Source of the DNA: Synechococcus sp.
GTDB lineage: Bacteria > Cyanobacteriota > Cyanobacteriia > PCC-6307 > Cyanobiaceae
Length of the DNA: 64,000 nucleotides
Direction: 5' to 3'
NCBI GenBank assembly: GCA_047284725.1
Contig: JBJBEO010000001.1
Span: forward strand, 480,001-544,000
The notes below the pieces were generated by a model, which was not told the origin of the DNA, searched no databases, and worked only from the letters and a program-made list of their open reading frames with translations. Both the position numbers and the translations under genes were made by a program. Of this stretch, positions 10,972-23,291 are shown one piece after another (position 1 is the first letter of the stretch; every line of letters begins with the position of its first letter).

Positions 10972-11047
10972 AAACCTTCTGCGCGCAGGTCCGGTCATCA
11001 GAAATCGGGCCCACTTTCTTTAGAGATGGTGTCCCTGCGCAGGGTGA
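10972..11047 (+). ncRNA. ATPC RNA motif (structured cis-element between the subunit a and subunit c genes)
   Basis: Three-way junction: outer ACCTTCTGCGC/GCGCAGGGT, inner GGTCCGGT..ATCGGGCC and CACTTTCT..AGATGGTG. The location matches the described ATPC motif of Prochlorococcus/Synechococcus. Confidence 0.75.
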
Positions 11048-11353
<306 letters not shown>

Positions 11354-11361
11354 TGACAGCT

Positions 11362-11392
11362 GGGGGGCGTCCGTCTTGACGGTTCGCTCCCC
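11362..11392 (+). promoter_or_regulatory. Intercistronic stem-loop after the subunit c gene (probable transcript-stabilising or attenuating hairpin)
   Basis: GGGGGGCG..CGCTCCCC enclosing CCGTC-TT-GACGG, no long U-run; function inferred. Confidence 0.5.
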
Positions 11393-11440
11393 TTCTGACT
11401 CTCGTCGCACTCTTTCGCTCCTCTCCAGCTCACCTCTTCC

Positions 11441-11908
11441 ATGACCTGGCTTCTGTTCGCTGAAGCGGCAGTTCCGGAGGGAGGTCTTTTTGACCTCGAC
11501 GCCACCCTGCCTCTGATGGCACTTCAGGTGGTTCTCCTGACCTTTCTGCTTAATTCCCTCTTCTTCCGTCCGGTCGGCAAGGTCGTCGAAGAACGTGAGG
11601 GGTATATCTCAACCAGCCGTGCCGATGCCAAGCAGAAGCTTGCTCAGGTTGAACGTCTGGAGGCTGACCTGACGGAACAGCTGCGCGAAGCCCGCCAGGC
11701 TGCGCAGTCAGCCATCGTCGAAGCCGAGCAGGAAGTCGACAAGTTGTACCGCGAGGCCATTGCCGCTGCCGAAGCAGAGGCCAATCGCACCCGTGAAAAG
11801 GCGCGCCGTGAGATCGAATCTCAGCGTGAGGCCGCTCAGAACCAGCTGATGTCCAAGGTTGATCAGCTCAGCGCTCAGATCATCCAACGTCTGATGGCCG
11901 TTTCATGA
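11441..11908 (+). CDS. atpF2: ATP synthase F0 subunit b' (cyanobacterial name atpG)
   Basis: [15 protein letters not shown] followed by a coiled coil. Confidence 0.95.
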   Translation: MTWLLFAEAAVPEGGLFDLDATLPLMALQVVLLTFLLNSLFFRPVGKVVEEREGYISTSRADAKQKLAQVERLEADLTEQLREARQAAQSAIVEAEQEVDKLYREAIAAAEAEANRTREKARREIESQREAAQNQLMSKVDQLSAQIIQRLMAVS

Positions 11909-12426
11909 TGACCGTTCTCAATCTCTTCGCCGCTGAAGGCGGTTTCGCGATCAATCTCAATCCCCTTGAGACCAATCTGATCAATCTGGTCATTGTGATC
12001 GGCGTTCTGGTCTATTTCCTCAAGGGCTTTCTCGGCGACATGCTGGATCGCCGGCGTCAGTCAATCCTCAAGGAACTGGACGACGCTCAGGCTCGGTTGA
12101 AAGCAGCATCGACTGACCTTGCCAAGGCCCAGTCCGATCTGGCAACCGCTCAGCAGAAAGCTGAAAAAATTCGCGAGGACGGCAAGGCCCGCGCTGCTGC
12201 CATCCGCGCTGATGGTGAGAAGCGCACCATTGAGGCGATGGCGGCCCTCAAGGAAGATGCCCTGGCCGACCTCAATGCCGAGGGCGCTCGCCTTACGGAA
12301 GAACTGCGTCGTCAGGCTGCTCTGGCCGCCATCGACAAGGTGATGTCCGACCTGCCCGCTCGGCTCGATGACAAGGCTCAGGCCAAGATCATCGATGCCT
12401 CCATCTCAAACCTGGAGGGTTCCTGA
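11905..12426 (+). CDS. atpF: ATP synthase F0 subunit b
   Basis: [19 protein letters not shown] followed by a coiled coil. Confidence 0.95.
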   Translation: MMTVLNLFAAEGGFAINLNPLETNLINLVIVIGVLVYFLKGFLGDMLDRRRQSILKELDDAQARLKAASTDLAKAQSDLATAQQKAEKIREDGKARAAAIRADGEKRTIEAMAALKEDALADLNAEGARLTEELRRQAALAAIDKVMSDLPARLDDKAQAKIIDASISNLEGS

Positions 12427-12974
12427 TGCCTCTGCTCAATTCCCTGGCAACCCCATACGCCGAAGCCCTACTTCAGGTCACGGATGCAAGGTCTGAGTCT
12501 GACGATGTGGCTGCTCAATGCAAGGATCTGCTTTCACTCTGGTCCGACTCGGAGACCTTCAGGGATGCGATGACCTCGCCTGTCCTCGAACCTGATGCCA
12601 AGAAGAAAGCGCTCAGCGCTCTTCTTGGTGAATCGCTCAAGCCTTCCCTGATGAACCTGCTCAAGGTTCTGGCTGATCGTCAACGCCTTGTTGCGTTCGA
12701 TGCCGTTCTCACCCGTTTTCTTGAGCTGTACAGGCAGTCCCGCCAGGTGTCCCTGGCGAAGGTTGCAACGGCCCAACCCCTTTCTGAGGAGCAGCAGGCT
12801 GCCCTCACCAAAAAGGTTCAAGCGATGGTCGGCAAGGGCTCCGTTGAGATGGATCTCTCCGTTGACCCTTCCCTGATCGGTGGTTTTGTCGTGAATCTGG
12901 GATCCCAGGTCATCGACGCCAGCCTTTCCGGCCAGGTCCGTCGCCTTGGTCTGGCGCTTGCGAAAGCGAGCTGA
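12426..12974 (+). CDS. atpH: ATP synthase F1 delta subunit (cyanobacterial name atpD)
   Basis: LATPYAEALL...VDPSLIGGFVVNLGSQVIDASL. Confidence 0.96.
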   Translation: MPLLNSLATPYAEALLQVTDARSESDDVAAQCKDLLSLWSDSETFRDAMTSPVLEPDAKKKALSALLGESLKPSLMNLLKVLADRQRLVAFDAVLTRFLELYRQSRQVSLAKVATAQPLSEEQQAALTKKVQAMVGKGSVEMDLSVDPSLIGGFVVNLGSQVIDASLSGQVRRLGLALAKAS

Positions 12975-14552
<1,578 letters not shown>

Positions 14553-14565
14553 GAGGGGTTCATTC

Positions 14566-15516
14566 ATGGCAAATCTCAAGGAGATCAGAGACCGAATCAA
14601 ATCGGTCAAAAACACCCGCAAGATCACTGAGGCCATGCGTCTCGTGGCGGCCGCCAAGGTCCGCCGCGCTCAGGAGCAGGTTCTGCGCAGTCGTCCTTTC
14701 GCGGACCGTCTTGCCCGCCTGCTGGAAAACCTGCAGGCACGCATGCGCTTCGAAGATGCTGATGCTCCTCTTCTCGAGCAGCGCAGTCTCGACAACATCA
14801 CGTTGGTCGCGGTCACCGGTGACCGCGGTCTTTGCGGCGGCTACAACACCAACATCATCAAGCGCACCGAGCAGCGTTTCGCTGAACTCAAGGCACAGGG
14901 CTACAACGTTGACCTGGTACTGATCGGTCGTAAGGCGATCAGCTATTTCACCAACCGCAGTTACCCAATTCGGGCCACCTTCACCGGTCTGGAGCAGGTT
15001 CCGACGGCCGATGAAGCCGGTTCGATCGCCAATGAAGTGTTTGCGGAGTTTCTTTCCCAGAGCACAGATCGGGTTGAGATCATCTTCACAAAGTTCATCA
15101 ATCTGGTGAGCTGCAAGTCTGTTGTTCAGACCCTCCTTCCTCTGGATCCTCAGGGGATTGCAGTGGCAGACGATGAAATCTTCCGACTCACCACCAAAGA
15201 AGGCCAGCTTCGTGTCGAATCCGGATCAGGTCCTGCCAATGCCCAGCCGTCGGTTCCTTCTGACATCGTGTTTGAGCAGAGTCCTGAGCAACTTCTGAAC
15301 GCTCTACTTCCTTTGTATCTTCAGAACCAGTTGTTGCGTTCTCTACAGGAATCCGCAGCCTCTGAGCTCGCCAGCCGGATGACGGCCATGAACAATGCCA
15401 GCGACAACGCCAAGGCTCTCGCCAAGGAATTGACTCTGGATTACAACAAGGCCCGTCAGGCTGCGATTACCCAGGAGATTCTTGAAGTCGCCGGTGGTGC
15501 AGCGGCTGTGGGGTGA
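14566..15516 (+). CDS. atpG: ATP synthase F1 gamma subunit (cyanobacterial name atpC)
   Basis: [45 protein letters not shown]. Confidence 0.98.
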   Translation: MANLKEIRDRIKSVKNTRKITEAMRLVAAAKVRRAQEQVLRSRPFADRLARLLENLQARMRFEDADAPLLEQRSLDNITLVAVTGDRGLCGGYNTNIIKRTEQRFAELKAQGYNVDLVLIGRKAISYFTNRSYPIRATFTGLEQVPTADEAGSIANEVFAEFLSQSTDRVEIIFTKFINLVSCKSVVQTLLPLDPQGIAVADDEIFRLTTKEGQLRVESGSGPANAQPSVPSDIVFEQSPEQLLNALLPLYLQNQLLRSLQESAASELASRMTAMNNASDNAKALAKELTLDYNKARQAAITQEILEVAGGAAAVG

Positions 15517-15540
15517 TAGCTCTTTCAAGTGATTGCATCC

Positions 15541-15568
15541 AGCCGGCCTCGAAAAGGCCGGCTTTTTT
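15541..15568 (+). terminator. Rho-independent terminator of the atp operon
   Basis: AGCCGGCCT-CGAAA-AGGCCGGCT followed by TTTTT. Confidence 0.88.
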
Positions 15569-15645
15569 GTTGCTTGGTCCACCAGTTTTGTCCGATCTCC
15601 TTGAAAGGGCAGGCGAGATGATGACATCAACGCTGTGATTCTCCT

Positions 15646-16347
15646 GTGGAACTGCACTCCCTGTTCCCCACGGTGGTGGCGACGGATCGTCTTCGCCTCG
15701 ATCCTTTGGACACAGCTGCTCAACTCCAGACCCTGTTCAGGCTGCGAGGCGACCAACTCAGCAATCCGGATCCTGGCTGTGCCTGGACTGGTGACCTCAA
15801 TGGTGTGTGGCAGGTGCATGAACTTCCCGATCTGCAGCCCCTTGCAGGCCAAGTGATTCGCAAGGTGTGGGGTTACCTCGACGCAACGGGGTTTGATTGC
15901 CAACAGGTGGATCTTCATCTGCAGCGTTCTTGGCCCGTGTTCAGCGACTTTGGTCAGGTGGTGGGGCGTCATCACCACCCCAATGCCCATCTCAGCGCCG
16001 TGTTGTACCTGAGTGGTGCCGGTTGTGGCGATGAGGGTGCTTTATGTCTGCATGCACCCCATCAGCTCAATGAATTAGTGCCGGGATTGGCGGTTGGTCT
16101 GAATGGTCCGATTGCATCGAATCATCCGTTCAACCAAACGCATTGGACCCTTGCGCCCGAGCCTGGGCTGCTGGTGCTGTTCCCTTCACAGCTGCATCAC
16201 AGTGTGCTTAAGAACATCGATGAGGAGTCCTTGCGGATCTCCATCAGCTTTGACTTCGTGCTCACCGCCAGGGCGTCACAACCTCCACCGGAGTATCTGT
16301 CGCCCCATCCACACCAATGGCATCGGTGTCAGAGGCTGATGCCCTGA
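15646..16347 (+). CDS. Putative 2OG-Fe(II) oxygenase (TIGR02466-like)
   Basis: LFPT start, HHHPNAHLSAVLY, LFPSQLHHSV, RISISF. Confidence 0.8.
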   Translation: MELHSLFPTVVATDRLRLDPLDTAAQLQTLFRLRGDQLSNPDPGCAWTGDLNGVWQVHELPDLQPLAGQVIRKVWGYLDATGFDCQQVDLHLQRSWPVFSDFGQVVGRHHHPNAHLSAVLYLSGAGCGDEGALCLHAPHQLNELVPGLAVGLNGPIASNHPFNQTHWTLAPEPGLLVLFPSQLHHSVLKNIDEESLRISISFDFVLTARASQPPPEYLSPHPHQWHRCQRLMP

Positions 16348-16380
16348 GAGGATGCCCACTTCCCGGACGTCCCCAAACGG

Positions 16381-16716
16381 ATGAGCGACACGACCACCGC
16401 CAGCTACGCCATCACAGTTGAGCTGGATGGTCAGCAGCACGCATTCCAGTGCAAGGCCGATCAAACCGTTCTTGCTGCTGCTGAGGCGGCTGGTGTGGAG
16501 ATACCCAGCTCTTGCTGTGCGGGTGTGTGCACCACCTGTGCTGCTCGGATCACTGATGGCCAGGTGCATCAGCCTGATGCCATGGGTGTGAAGGAGGAAC
16601 TTCGCAAGGATGGCTTTGCCTTGCTCTGCGTCTCGTTCCCCCGCTCCGATCTCAAGGTGATTGCCGGCCAGGAAGATGCTTTGTACGAAGCGCAGTTTGG
16701 TCAATACCAGAAGTGA
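16381..16716 (+). CDS. Plant-type [2Fe-2S] ferredoxin (minor ferredoxin)
   Basis: PSSCCAGVCTTC...ALLCVSFPRSD. Confidence 0.93.
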   Translation: MSDTTTASYAITVELDGQQHAFQCKADQTVLAAAEAAGVEIPSSCCAGVCTTCAARITDGQVHQPDAMGVKEELRKDGFALLCVSFPRSDLKVIAGQEDALYEAQFGQYQK

Positions 16717-16916
16717 AGCTGGCGTCGCATCGATTCCTTTGGCATTGGCCCGAAGGTCTGCCTGTGGCGTCCTTGCGTCCTTGGTTGCTGAAGCAACTCA
16801 GGGCCGAGGGTGATCCGCTGCGTTGGGCAATCACCGGTCTCAAGCAAGCGCCTTCGGGGGGCGGTCGGTTGGTGCAGGTTGAAGCGGTGCTTGTCAGTTC
16901 TGCGCCAACCCAGTGA
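16713..16916 (+). CDS. Small hypothetical protein
   Basis: 67 aa, GDPLRWAIT motif, 4-nt overlap with the ferredoxin gene. Confidence 0.7.
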   Translation: MKLASHRFLWHWPEGLPVASLRPWLLKQLRAEGDPLRWAITGLKQAPSGGGRLVQVEAVLVSSAPTQ

Positions 16917-17977
16917 TGCCTTCCGTTCTTCCCACCTTGCTGGTGGTGCCGACGGGGATCGGCTGCGAGATCGGAGGATTCGCTGGCGATGCACTTCCCA
17001 GTGCTCGCTTGCTTGCCGCAGCCAGTGGTTGCCTGATCACCCATCCCAATGTGATGAACGGGGCAGCGCTCTATTGGAGTGACCCGCGCATTCATTACGT
17101 GGAGGGCTATGGCCTCGACCGTTTTGCTGCTGGCGACTGGGTGCTCAGGCCCGTGCGCCAGCAGCGCATCGGTCTGTTGCTGGATGCAGGGATCGAGCCC
17201 GACTTGCGTCAGCGCCACCTTCAGGTGGCCGATGGTTGTCGCGCAAGCCTCGGCCTGACGATCGGACCGGTGGTCACCACTGATGAGCCACTGGGTGTGC
17301 ACCTTGAACTGGGTGAGAGTGGAACCAGCTGGGGCACCCTTGACCGCCCTGAAGCACTCTTGCGGGCCGGAGAGCGCCTCATGGCTGCTGGTGCCTCCGC
17401 GATCGCGGTGGTGGCACGCTTCCCCGACGATCCGGAGAGCGAGGCTCTGGCGTCCTATCGGCACGGTGGTGGCGTTGATGCCCTGGCCGGAGCCGAGGCG
17501 GTGATCAGTCATCTGTTGGTCAAGCATCTGCAGATCCCTTGTGCGCATGCACCGGCCCTTGATCCTTTGCCTCTTGATCCCCAGCTTGATCCCCGCGCTG
17601 CCGGGGAGGAGTTGGCTTACACCTTTCTTGCCTGTGTCCTGGTGGGGCTGAGTCGTGCCCCTGATCTCGTGGCCACCGAGCGCTCGGGGCTCTCCGAGCA
17701 CTTGCATGCAGACCAGTTGGCTGCCGTTGTGGCTCCTGCGGGAGCCCTTGGCGGAGAAGCTGTGCTGGCCTGCCTGGAGCGTCGTGTGCCTCTGATCACG
17801 GTCGCCAATGCCTCCCTCCTGGAGGTGACGTCTGATGCCTTGCGCTTGGGCGGAACGGATACTGTGCTCCAGGCGGGGTCGTATGCGGAGGCGGCAGGAT
17901 TCCTCTTGGCTCTGCGGGAGGGAGTCAGTGCTGATGCCTTGCAGCGCCCTTTTCTGCCTTTGCAGGAGTTGCTCTGA
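16916..17977 (+). CDS. DUF3326 family protein
   Basis: VPTGIGCEIGGFAGDALP, LITHPNVMNGA, GGVDALAGAEAVISH. Confidence 0.88.
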   Translation: MPSVLPTLLVVPTGIGCEIGGFAGDALPSARLLAAASGCLITHPNVMNGAALYWSDPRIHYVEGYGLDRFAAGDWVLRPVRQQRIGLLLDAGIEPDLRQRHLQVADGCRASLGLTIGPVVTTDEPLGVHLELGESGTSWGTLDRPEALLRAGERLMAAGASAIAVVARFPDDPESEALASYRHGGGVDALAGAEAVISHLLVKHLQIPCAHAPALDPLPLDPQLDPRAAGEELAYTFLACVLVGLSRAPDLVATERSGLSEHLHADQLAAVVAPAGALGGEAVLACLERRVPLITVANASLLEVTSDALRLGGTDTVLQAGSYAEAAGFLLALREGVSADALQRPFLPLQELL

Positions 17978-18417
17978 TGGCCCGAGGATTTGGCGCCGGG
18001 GACCGGGATCAGTTGCCTTGTCCCTGTGGTCGCGGCTCCAGTTATGGCGATTGCTGCGGGCTTTTGCACCGGGGTAAGTCCAGGGCCAGCACCGCTGAGC
18101 AATTGATGCGTTCCCGCTACAGCGCTTATGCGATGGGGGAGGTGGAGTACCTGCTCTCCACTCATCCCGACGTTCAGACACCGATGGCGGAGCGACGCCG
18201 CGCCTTGCTGTGCAGCTGCCGTCAGACCCGTTGGTTGGGTTTAACCATTCTCGATTCGACGGCAGGAGGACGACAGGATTGCGAGGGGACGGTGTGTTTT
18301 GAGGCTCGGTTTTCCGCTGAAGGTCGCAAGGGCACGCTGCAGGAGACCTCGTTCTTTCAGCGTGAAGGTGGCGGTTGCGATGGCGACTGGCTCTACATCA
18401 GGGCTCTTGCTCACTGA
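17977..18417 (+). CDS. YchJ/SEC-C motif protein
   Basis: CPCGRGSSYGDCC, TAEQLMRSRYSAY, VCFEARF, WLY. Confidence 0.9.
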   Translation: MARGFGAGDRDQLPCPCGRGSSYGDCCGLLHRGKSRASTAEQLMRSRYSAYAMGEVEYLLSTHPDVQTPMAERRRALLCSCRQTRWLGLTILDSTAGGRQDCEGTVCFEARFSAEGRKGTLQETSFFQREGGGCDGDWLYIRALAH

Positions 18418-18454
18418 CACGCAGGGTGCATCTGGATGCGTCTTGAGGACGTGA

Positions 18455-19594
18455 TCAGCGCAGGCAGGCCATCGGGTGGCGGGGGGGCAACCCCAGCGCC
18501 TTGGCCACGCCGGGATGGCAGACCGCACCCTGCACGGTGTTCAGGCCTGACAGTAGTTCGGGGCGTTCGGTGACCGCCTCCTCCAGGCCACGGCCGGCGA
18601 TGCCAAGGATGTAGGGGAGGGTCACACTCACCAGGGCTTCGGTGGAGGTGTACGGCACCGCTCCCGGCATGTTGCCCACGGCGTAGTGCTGCACGCCATG
18701 GATGGCCACCGTCGGATTGGTGTGGGTGGTTTCCTGGCTGGTGGCCACACAGCCACCCTGATCTATCGCCACATCCACGATCACAGAGCCTGGCTTCATC
18801 TGTTCCACCAGCTCTTCGTCCACCAGGGTGGGTGCTCGTCCCCCTGGGGTGAGCACCGCACCGATCAATAAGTCGGCACTGGGCACCAGGCGCTCCAGCA
18901 GGCCTCGGCTGCTCACGACGCTGATCAGTCGTCCGCGATGTGCTGCTTCCAGGCTGCGCAGTTTCTCGGGAGAGCGATCCAGCAGCAGCACCTCTGCATC
19001 CATCGCGGCCGCCAGCCGTGCGGCATTCCACCCTACGGTGCCGGCACCCAGCACCACCACCCGGGCGGGCTGCACGCCGGTGCAGCCGCCGATCAAGATG
19101 CCCCGGCCGCCGTGGGGTTGCTCGAGCAGGTGGGCACCCACCTGAGCGGCCAGACGACCGGCAATCTCACTCATGGGCGCGAGCAACGGCAAGCTGCCGT
19201 TTTCCAGTTGCACCGTTTCGTAGGCCACTCCCGTGGTGCCTGCCTCGAGCAGGGCTTCCCCCACCTTCGGGTAGGCCGCGAGATGGAGGTAAGTGAACAG
19301 CACCATGTCGTCGCGCAGGAAGACAAATTCCTCTGGCTGCGGTTCTTTCACCTTCACCACCAGGTGGGCGGACCAGGCCTCCTCCTTGGTGACCAGCCGA
19401 GCTCCGGCAAGGGCGAAGGCGTCATCGCTGATCCCAGCACCGGCTCCGGCTCCGCTCTGGACACGCACCTCCAGCCCCTGCATCACGAGTTCCCTCACCC
19501 CATCCGGAGTGAGGGCAACCCGACGTTCATCAACCTTGATTTCGCTCGGCACGCCGATGGTGGCCATCGGCGCCGTGAGAACGGAGTGGGCCAT
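18455..19594 (-). CDS. ald: Alanine dehydrogenase
   Basis: IGVPSEIKVDERRV, FTYLHLAA, LLAPMSEIAGR, VDVAIDQGGC, YAVGNMPG. Confidence 0.96.
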   Translation of the reverse strand: MAHSVLTAPMATIGVPSEIKVDERRVALTPDGVRELVMQGLEVRVQSGAGAGAGISDDAFALAGARLVTKEEAWSAHLVVKVKEPQPEEFVFLRDDMVLFTYLHLAAYPKVGEALLEAGTTGVAYETVQLENGSLPLLAPMSEIAGRLAAQVGAHLLEQPHGGRGILIGGCTGVQPARVVVLGAGTVGWNAARLAAAMDAEVLLLDRSPEKLRSLEAAHRGRLISVVSSRGLLERLVPSADLLIGAVLTPGGRAPTLVDEELVEQMKPGSVIVDVAIDQGGCVATSQETTHTNPTVAIHGVQHYAVGNMPGAVPYTSTEALVSVTLPYILGIAGRGLEEAVTERPELLSGLNTVQGAVCHPGVAKALGLPPRHPMACLR

Positions 19595-19622
19595 GGTGGC
19601 TGGGAAGTGCCTTCAATCTGGC

Positions 19623-21341
19623 TCAGCCCGCCGCAATCGGCAGCCTCCATCCCGACCCGAATGCCTGGGGGCTCACCTTCAGCACAGGCGCAGCTTGGCG
19701 TCGTTTGAATTCTGAGCGGCGGAACAGGCGCTGTACCTGATCGATCGCTTCGGCAGGGTGACCGCGCTGCAGCAATGCATCGCGGCCCAAGCGCTCTTCA
19801 ATCAGATCCTTCAGCAAAGGGTCGAGGATGGCGTAGTCGGGGAGCGAGTCGCTGTCTTTTTGATCGGGGCGCAACTCGGCGCTGGGTGGCTTGTCGCGGA
19901 TGGCTCGGCCCACCAATTCCCCCTTCAGCGGGAGGTGGAGGTCTTGTCTGCAGTTTGTTGAGGCTGGACTGTCGAGCCAGGCTGACAGAGAGAAGACCGT
20001 GGATTTGTAGAGGTCCCCAATCACGGCGAGGCCACCGTTCATGTCCCCGTAGAGGGTGCAGTAGCCAACGGCCAGCTCCGATTTGTTGCCGGTGGAGAGC
20101 AGGAGCTGGCCCTGCTGGTTGGCCACGGCCATCAGCAGGGTGCCGCGGATACGCGATTGCAGGTTTTCTGCGGTCACATCGGCGGGGGGGCCTGCCAGGA
20201 CCGGGGAGAGGGTGCTGGCAAAGTCCTCCATCAAGCTTGCAATCGGAACGGTGTGCGTGTTGAACTTCAGCCGCTTGGCCAGAGCGGCGGCATCGTCGAT
20301 CGAGCCGCGCGAACTCCAGGGAGATGGCATCAGCAGGCCCTGCACGCGATCGTCGCCCAGGGCCGCGGCAGCGATCACGGCCACGAGCGCCGAGTCAATG
20401 CCGCCGCTGAGACCCAGCAGGGCTTTGTCGAAGCCACATTTATCCGCGTAGTCACGCACGCCCAGCACCAGAGCTCGGAAGAGCCTTTCTTCCACGCCCA
20501 TGGCAGTGCCGTGGTGTGGGGGAGTTGACGCAGTAGTGGTCTGCCGGTCGGCGTCCCAAACCTCCACCGTTTCGCTGCAGAAAGGCAGCTCCAAAGCCAG
20601 AGCGTTTGGTGCACAGGCTGGCATCGCTACGAAGCTGGAGCCGTCGAACACCAGTTCGTCGTTGCCTCCCACCTGATTCACATAGACCACGGGGCATTGC
20701 AGCCGGCTGGCGGCCTGATGGGCCAGTCGATGGCGCAGTGTCAGTTTTTTGCGGCCGAAGGGGGAGGCTGAGAGATTGATCAGGATCTCGATGCCTTGAT
20801 CACAGAGGGCACCGATGGGATCAGGACCGCAAAGGCGTTGGTCGTGGAGAGCAGGATCCACCCAGAGGTCCTCGCAGATTGTGAGTCCCAAGTGCCAGGT
20901 GCGTTTTCCTGTAGGGAAGCTCAGCTTGGCGGGACTGTTCGCAGCGCGGAAATAACGGCTCTCATCAAAGACGTCGTAGCTGGGCAGGAGTTGTTTTCGC
21001 CCCACCACGTGCCACTGACCGTGTCGGATCAGTGCGACAGCGTTGAACAGGCAGGGACTCTGACCATCGTTGGTGGCGTCGACCAGACCCACCAACACCC
21101 CTAAGTCCGGTGCAAGCTCCGCCAGGTTCTGGCTGAGCTTGTCCATCACGAGCTGCTGCTGCTCCACCCGTGAACGATTGAGCAGCAGGTCTCGGGGTGG
21201 ATACCCCCAGAGTGAGAGTTCCGGTGTGACCACCAGATCCGTTTCTTTCATGAGGGCCTGGTGGCAGGCCGTCAGGATGCGTTGGGCGTTGCCTGGTAGG
21301 TCGCCGACCAGGGGGTTGAGTTGGGCCAGGGCAAGACGCAT
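19623..21341 (-). CDS. nadE: Glutamine-dependent NAD+ synthetase
   Basis: Nitrilase domain (PELSLWGY, KQLLPSYDVFDE, ICEDLW) plus LGLSGGIDS, ENLQSRIRG, TGNKSELAVGY. Confidence 0.95.
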   Translation of the reverse strand: MRLALAQLNPLVGDLPGNAQRILTACHQALMKETDLVVTPELSLWGYPPRDLLLNRSRVEQQQLVMDKLSQNLAELAPDLGVLVGLVDATNDGQSPCLFNAVALIRHGQWHVVGRKQLLPSYDVFDESRYFRAANSPAKLSFPTGKRTWHLGLTICEDLWVDPALHDQRLCGPDPIGALCDQGIEILINLSASPFGRKKLTLRHRLAHQAASRLQCPVVYVNQVGGNDELVFDGSSFVAMPACAPNALALELPFCSETVEVWDADRQTTTASTPPHHGTAMGVEERLFRALVLGVRDYADKCGFDKALLGLSGGIDSALVAVIAAAALGDDRVQGLLMPSPWSSRGSIDDAAALAKRLKFNTHTVPIASLMEDFASTLSPVLAGPPADVTAENLQSRIRGTLLMAVANQQGQLLLSTGNKSELAVGYCTLYGDMNGGLAVIGDLYKSTVFSLSAWLDSPASTNCRQDLHLPLKGELVGRAIRDKPPSAELRPDQKDSDSLPDYAILDPLLKDLIEERLGRDALLQRGHPAEAIDQVQRLFRRSEFKRRQAAPVLKVSPQAFGSGWRLPIAAG

Positions 21342-21345
21342 CGAC

Positions 21346-21948
21346 CTAGGGACAGACAGGATCGGAGTCAGCCTTGAAACCGTAGAACTGGCGCTGCGCG
21401 AGCATCGACCTCAGGGCCGTTGGAACCTGATTGGGATCGGCGTTTCTGCGGGCTTCGGAGCTGGCGGTGTCGGGAATGCTGAGCTTCAGCACCTTCACCT
21501 GTCCCCCCTGCTGGCGCAGATGATTGAGTGCATCGCGTTCCAGGGGCCAGCCCTGGCGAGGAACCACGGTGAGAACGCAGCGCTGCAGGATCTGCTTTGC
21601 CTGTTTCCACTGCAGGATCTGTGGCACCAGGTCACTGCCCACCACAAAGCACAACGTCGCGCCTGGCCACCGGGTCTGGGCCCGGTTCAGGGTGGTGATC
21701 GCCCAGGGACTGCTCAGCTCCTGGACAAGCTTCAGCCGCGGATTGGCGATGGCCAACACCAGGGTGTCGAGAAGTCGACAGCGTTCAGCCAGGGGAAGGG
21801 CATGGCATTTCCCTGGATTGTCACTGGCCCAGGTGACCACCTGATCGTGATGTTCGAGCAGTTGTTCGAGCAAGGCTTGATGCCCGCGAGTCGGTGGATC
21901 AGCACTGGTGCCGAGCAGGGCGATGCTGAGCCTTGAGCCTGCGCTCAT
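21346..21948 (-). CDS. nadD: Nicotinate-nucleotide adenylyltransferase
   Basis: LLGTSADPPTRGH, FVVGSDL; adjacent to nadE. Confidence 0.9.
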   Translation of the reverse strand: MSAGSRLSIALLGTSADPPTRGHQALLEQLLEHHDQVVTWASDNPGKCHALPLAERCRLLDTLVLAIANPRLKLVQELSSPWAITTLNRAQTRWPGATLCFVVGSDLVPQILQWKQAKQILQRCVLTVVPRQGWPLERDALNHLRQQGGQVKVLKLSIPDTASSEARRNADPNQVPTALRSMLAQRQFYGFKADSDPVCP

Positions 21949-23291
21949 GGCAGCACTTCCCCCAACCCTTGTTGCGGTGGTTGTTGGGGCCAGTGCTGGA
22001 GCAAGTGCCGCAATGCTGGATCCCGACCGGCCAGGCGCCGCAGCAGGATCGACGGTACCGGCTGACTGCGTCGTCCCCGGCCCTGTTGTTCCAGCAGCCA
22101 GCGAGCGGTGAGGCGTCCTGTGCGGCGGGTGGTGTGCACGGCAAGCGCTGCCTGAGCCAGGGCCACCGGTGCTGCCGGTGCCAGCGTGAGACCTGCGGTG
22201 AAGGGTGCTGCTGCCACCAGCACCTGGCGCACACCGCTCAGGGCTGCCTGAATGCCCAGCTGTACACCACCCAGCAGGGCGTTGTGGCCAGACAGGCGCT
22301 GCAGCAGCCGGCGCGCTGCCGGACCGCCCATGGGCAAGTCATACAGCTGGCAGAGCTGCATCACCAGCGCGGTGTCGCAGGCCAGCCCACCGGCCAGATC
22401 AAGCAGCACCAGGGGATTGGCAGCCACACCGGTGGCTTTGAGAGCGGCGTAACGTCCGATTAAACCTTGGGCATCGCGCCGTCGACGTTGGAGTCGGCCC
22501 CGTTCAATCTGACGTTGCAGCCGCTCGGCCTGCCGCAGGGTATTGAGGGTGAGCAATGACAACCCCTGGTCGGTGAGCAGTTGGCGCAGGGCCTCCTGCA
22601 GCGATGCCATGCGAGGCGGTTGCAACTGACTGCGCACTCGGCCATCAGCGCGTTGCATCGCCTGCCTTGGTGCGGCCGCAACCGCGAGGGCAGGGCGCAG
22701 ACTGAGGCCCTGCGAGGCGCCGCAGTGGCGTTCGATCCGACGCTGGATGCTGAGAAGAAGGGATGCAAGGTCTCGCTCGGACCAGCAATCACTGCGGTTC
22801 AGCACAGGCAGCACCGGCTTGCCGCTGGCCAGCAATCCATCGAGCGCATCGAGTTCCACCCGGCTGATGTCGGCATCAAGCACCAGCAGCACCAGGTCGG
22901 CATGCAGGGCAACCCTTGCAGCCAGACGGGTCCGACCGGCGGCCGCCACTTCATCGATTCCCGGCGTGTCGACCAGCTCGACCGTCGCCAAGCCCGCAAC
23001 CGTTTCGGGCCAGGGCACGGCGCGTTGATGCCGGGTGCAGCCATGGGCCACATCGGTGGCCATGACGTCGTCTCCCACCAGGGCGTTGACCAGGCTCGAC
23101 TTGCCCACCCCAACACGGCCGAACACGGCCACCCGCAGGTGCCGCTCCTGCAAACGCCGCAACTGGCGATCCAGGTGCGCGAGGTTTCCTGCCAGGAGGC
23201 CGCTCTCCCTCGGACTGAGCGCGAGGCCAGCCCGCCACTGTTCCAGCAGCTGCAGGCCATGGTGGAGGCTGGCGGTCGAGCTGTCGTTCAT
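21945..23291 (-). CDS. Era-like GTP-binding protein with C-terminal DUF697-type domain
   Basis: GRVGVGKSS, DTPG, LNRSD. ATGA overlap with the upstream gene fixes the start. Confidence 0.85.
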   Translation of the reverse strand: MNDSSTASLHHGLQLLEQWRAGLALSPRESGLLAGNLAHLDRQLRRLQERHLRVAVFGRVGVGKSSLVNALVGDDVMATDVAHGCTRHQRAVPWPETVAGLATVELVDTPGIDEVAAAGRTRLAARVALHADLVLLVLDADISRVELDALDGLLASGKPVLPVLNRSDCWSERDLASLLLSIQRRIERHCGASQGLSLRPALAVAAAPRQAMQRADGRVRSQLQPPRMASLQEALRQLLTDQGLSLLTLNTLRQAERLQRQIERGRLQRRRRDAQGLIGRYAALKATGVAANPLVLLDLAGGLACDTALVMQLCQLYDLPMGGPAARRLLQRLSGHNALLGGVQLGIQAALSGVRQVLVAAAPFTAGLTLAPAAPVALAQAALAVHTTRRTGRLTARWLLEQQGRGRRSQPVPSILLRRLAGRDPALRHLLQHWPQQPPQQGLGEVLP

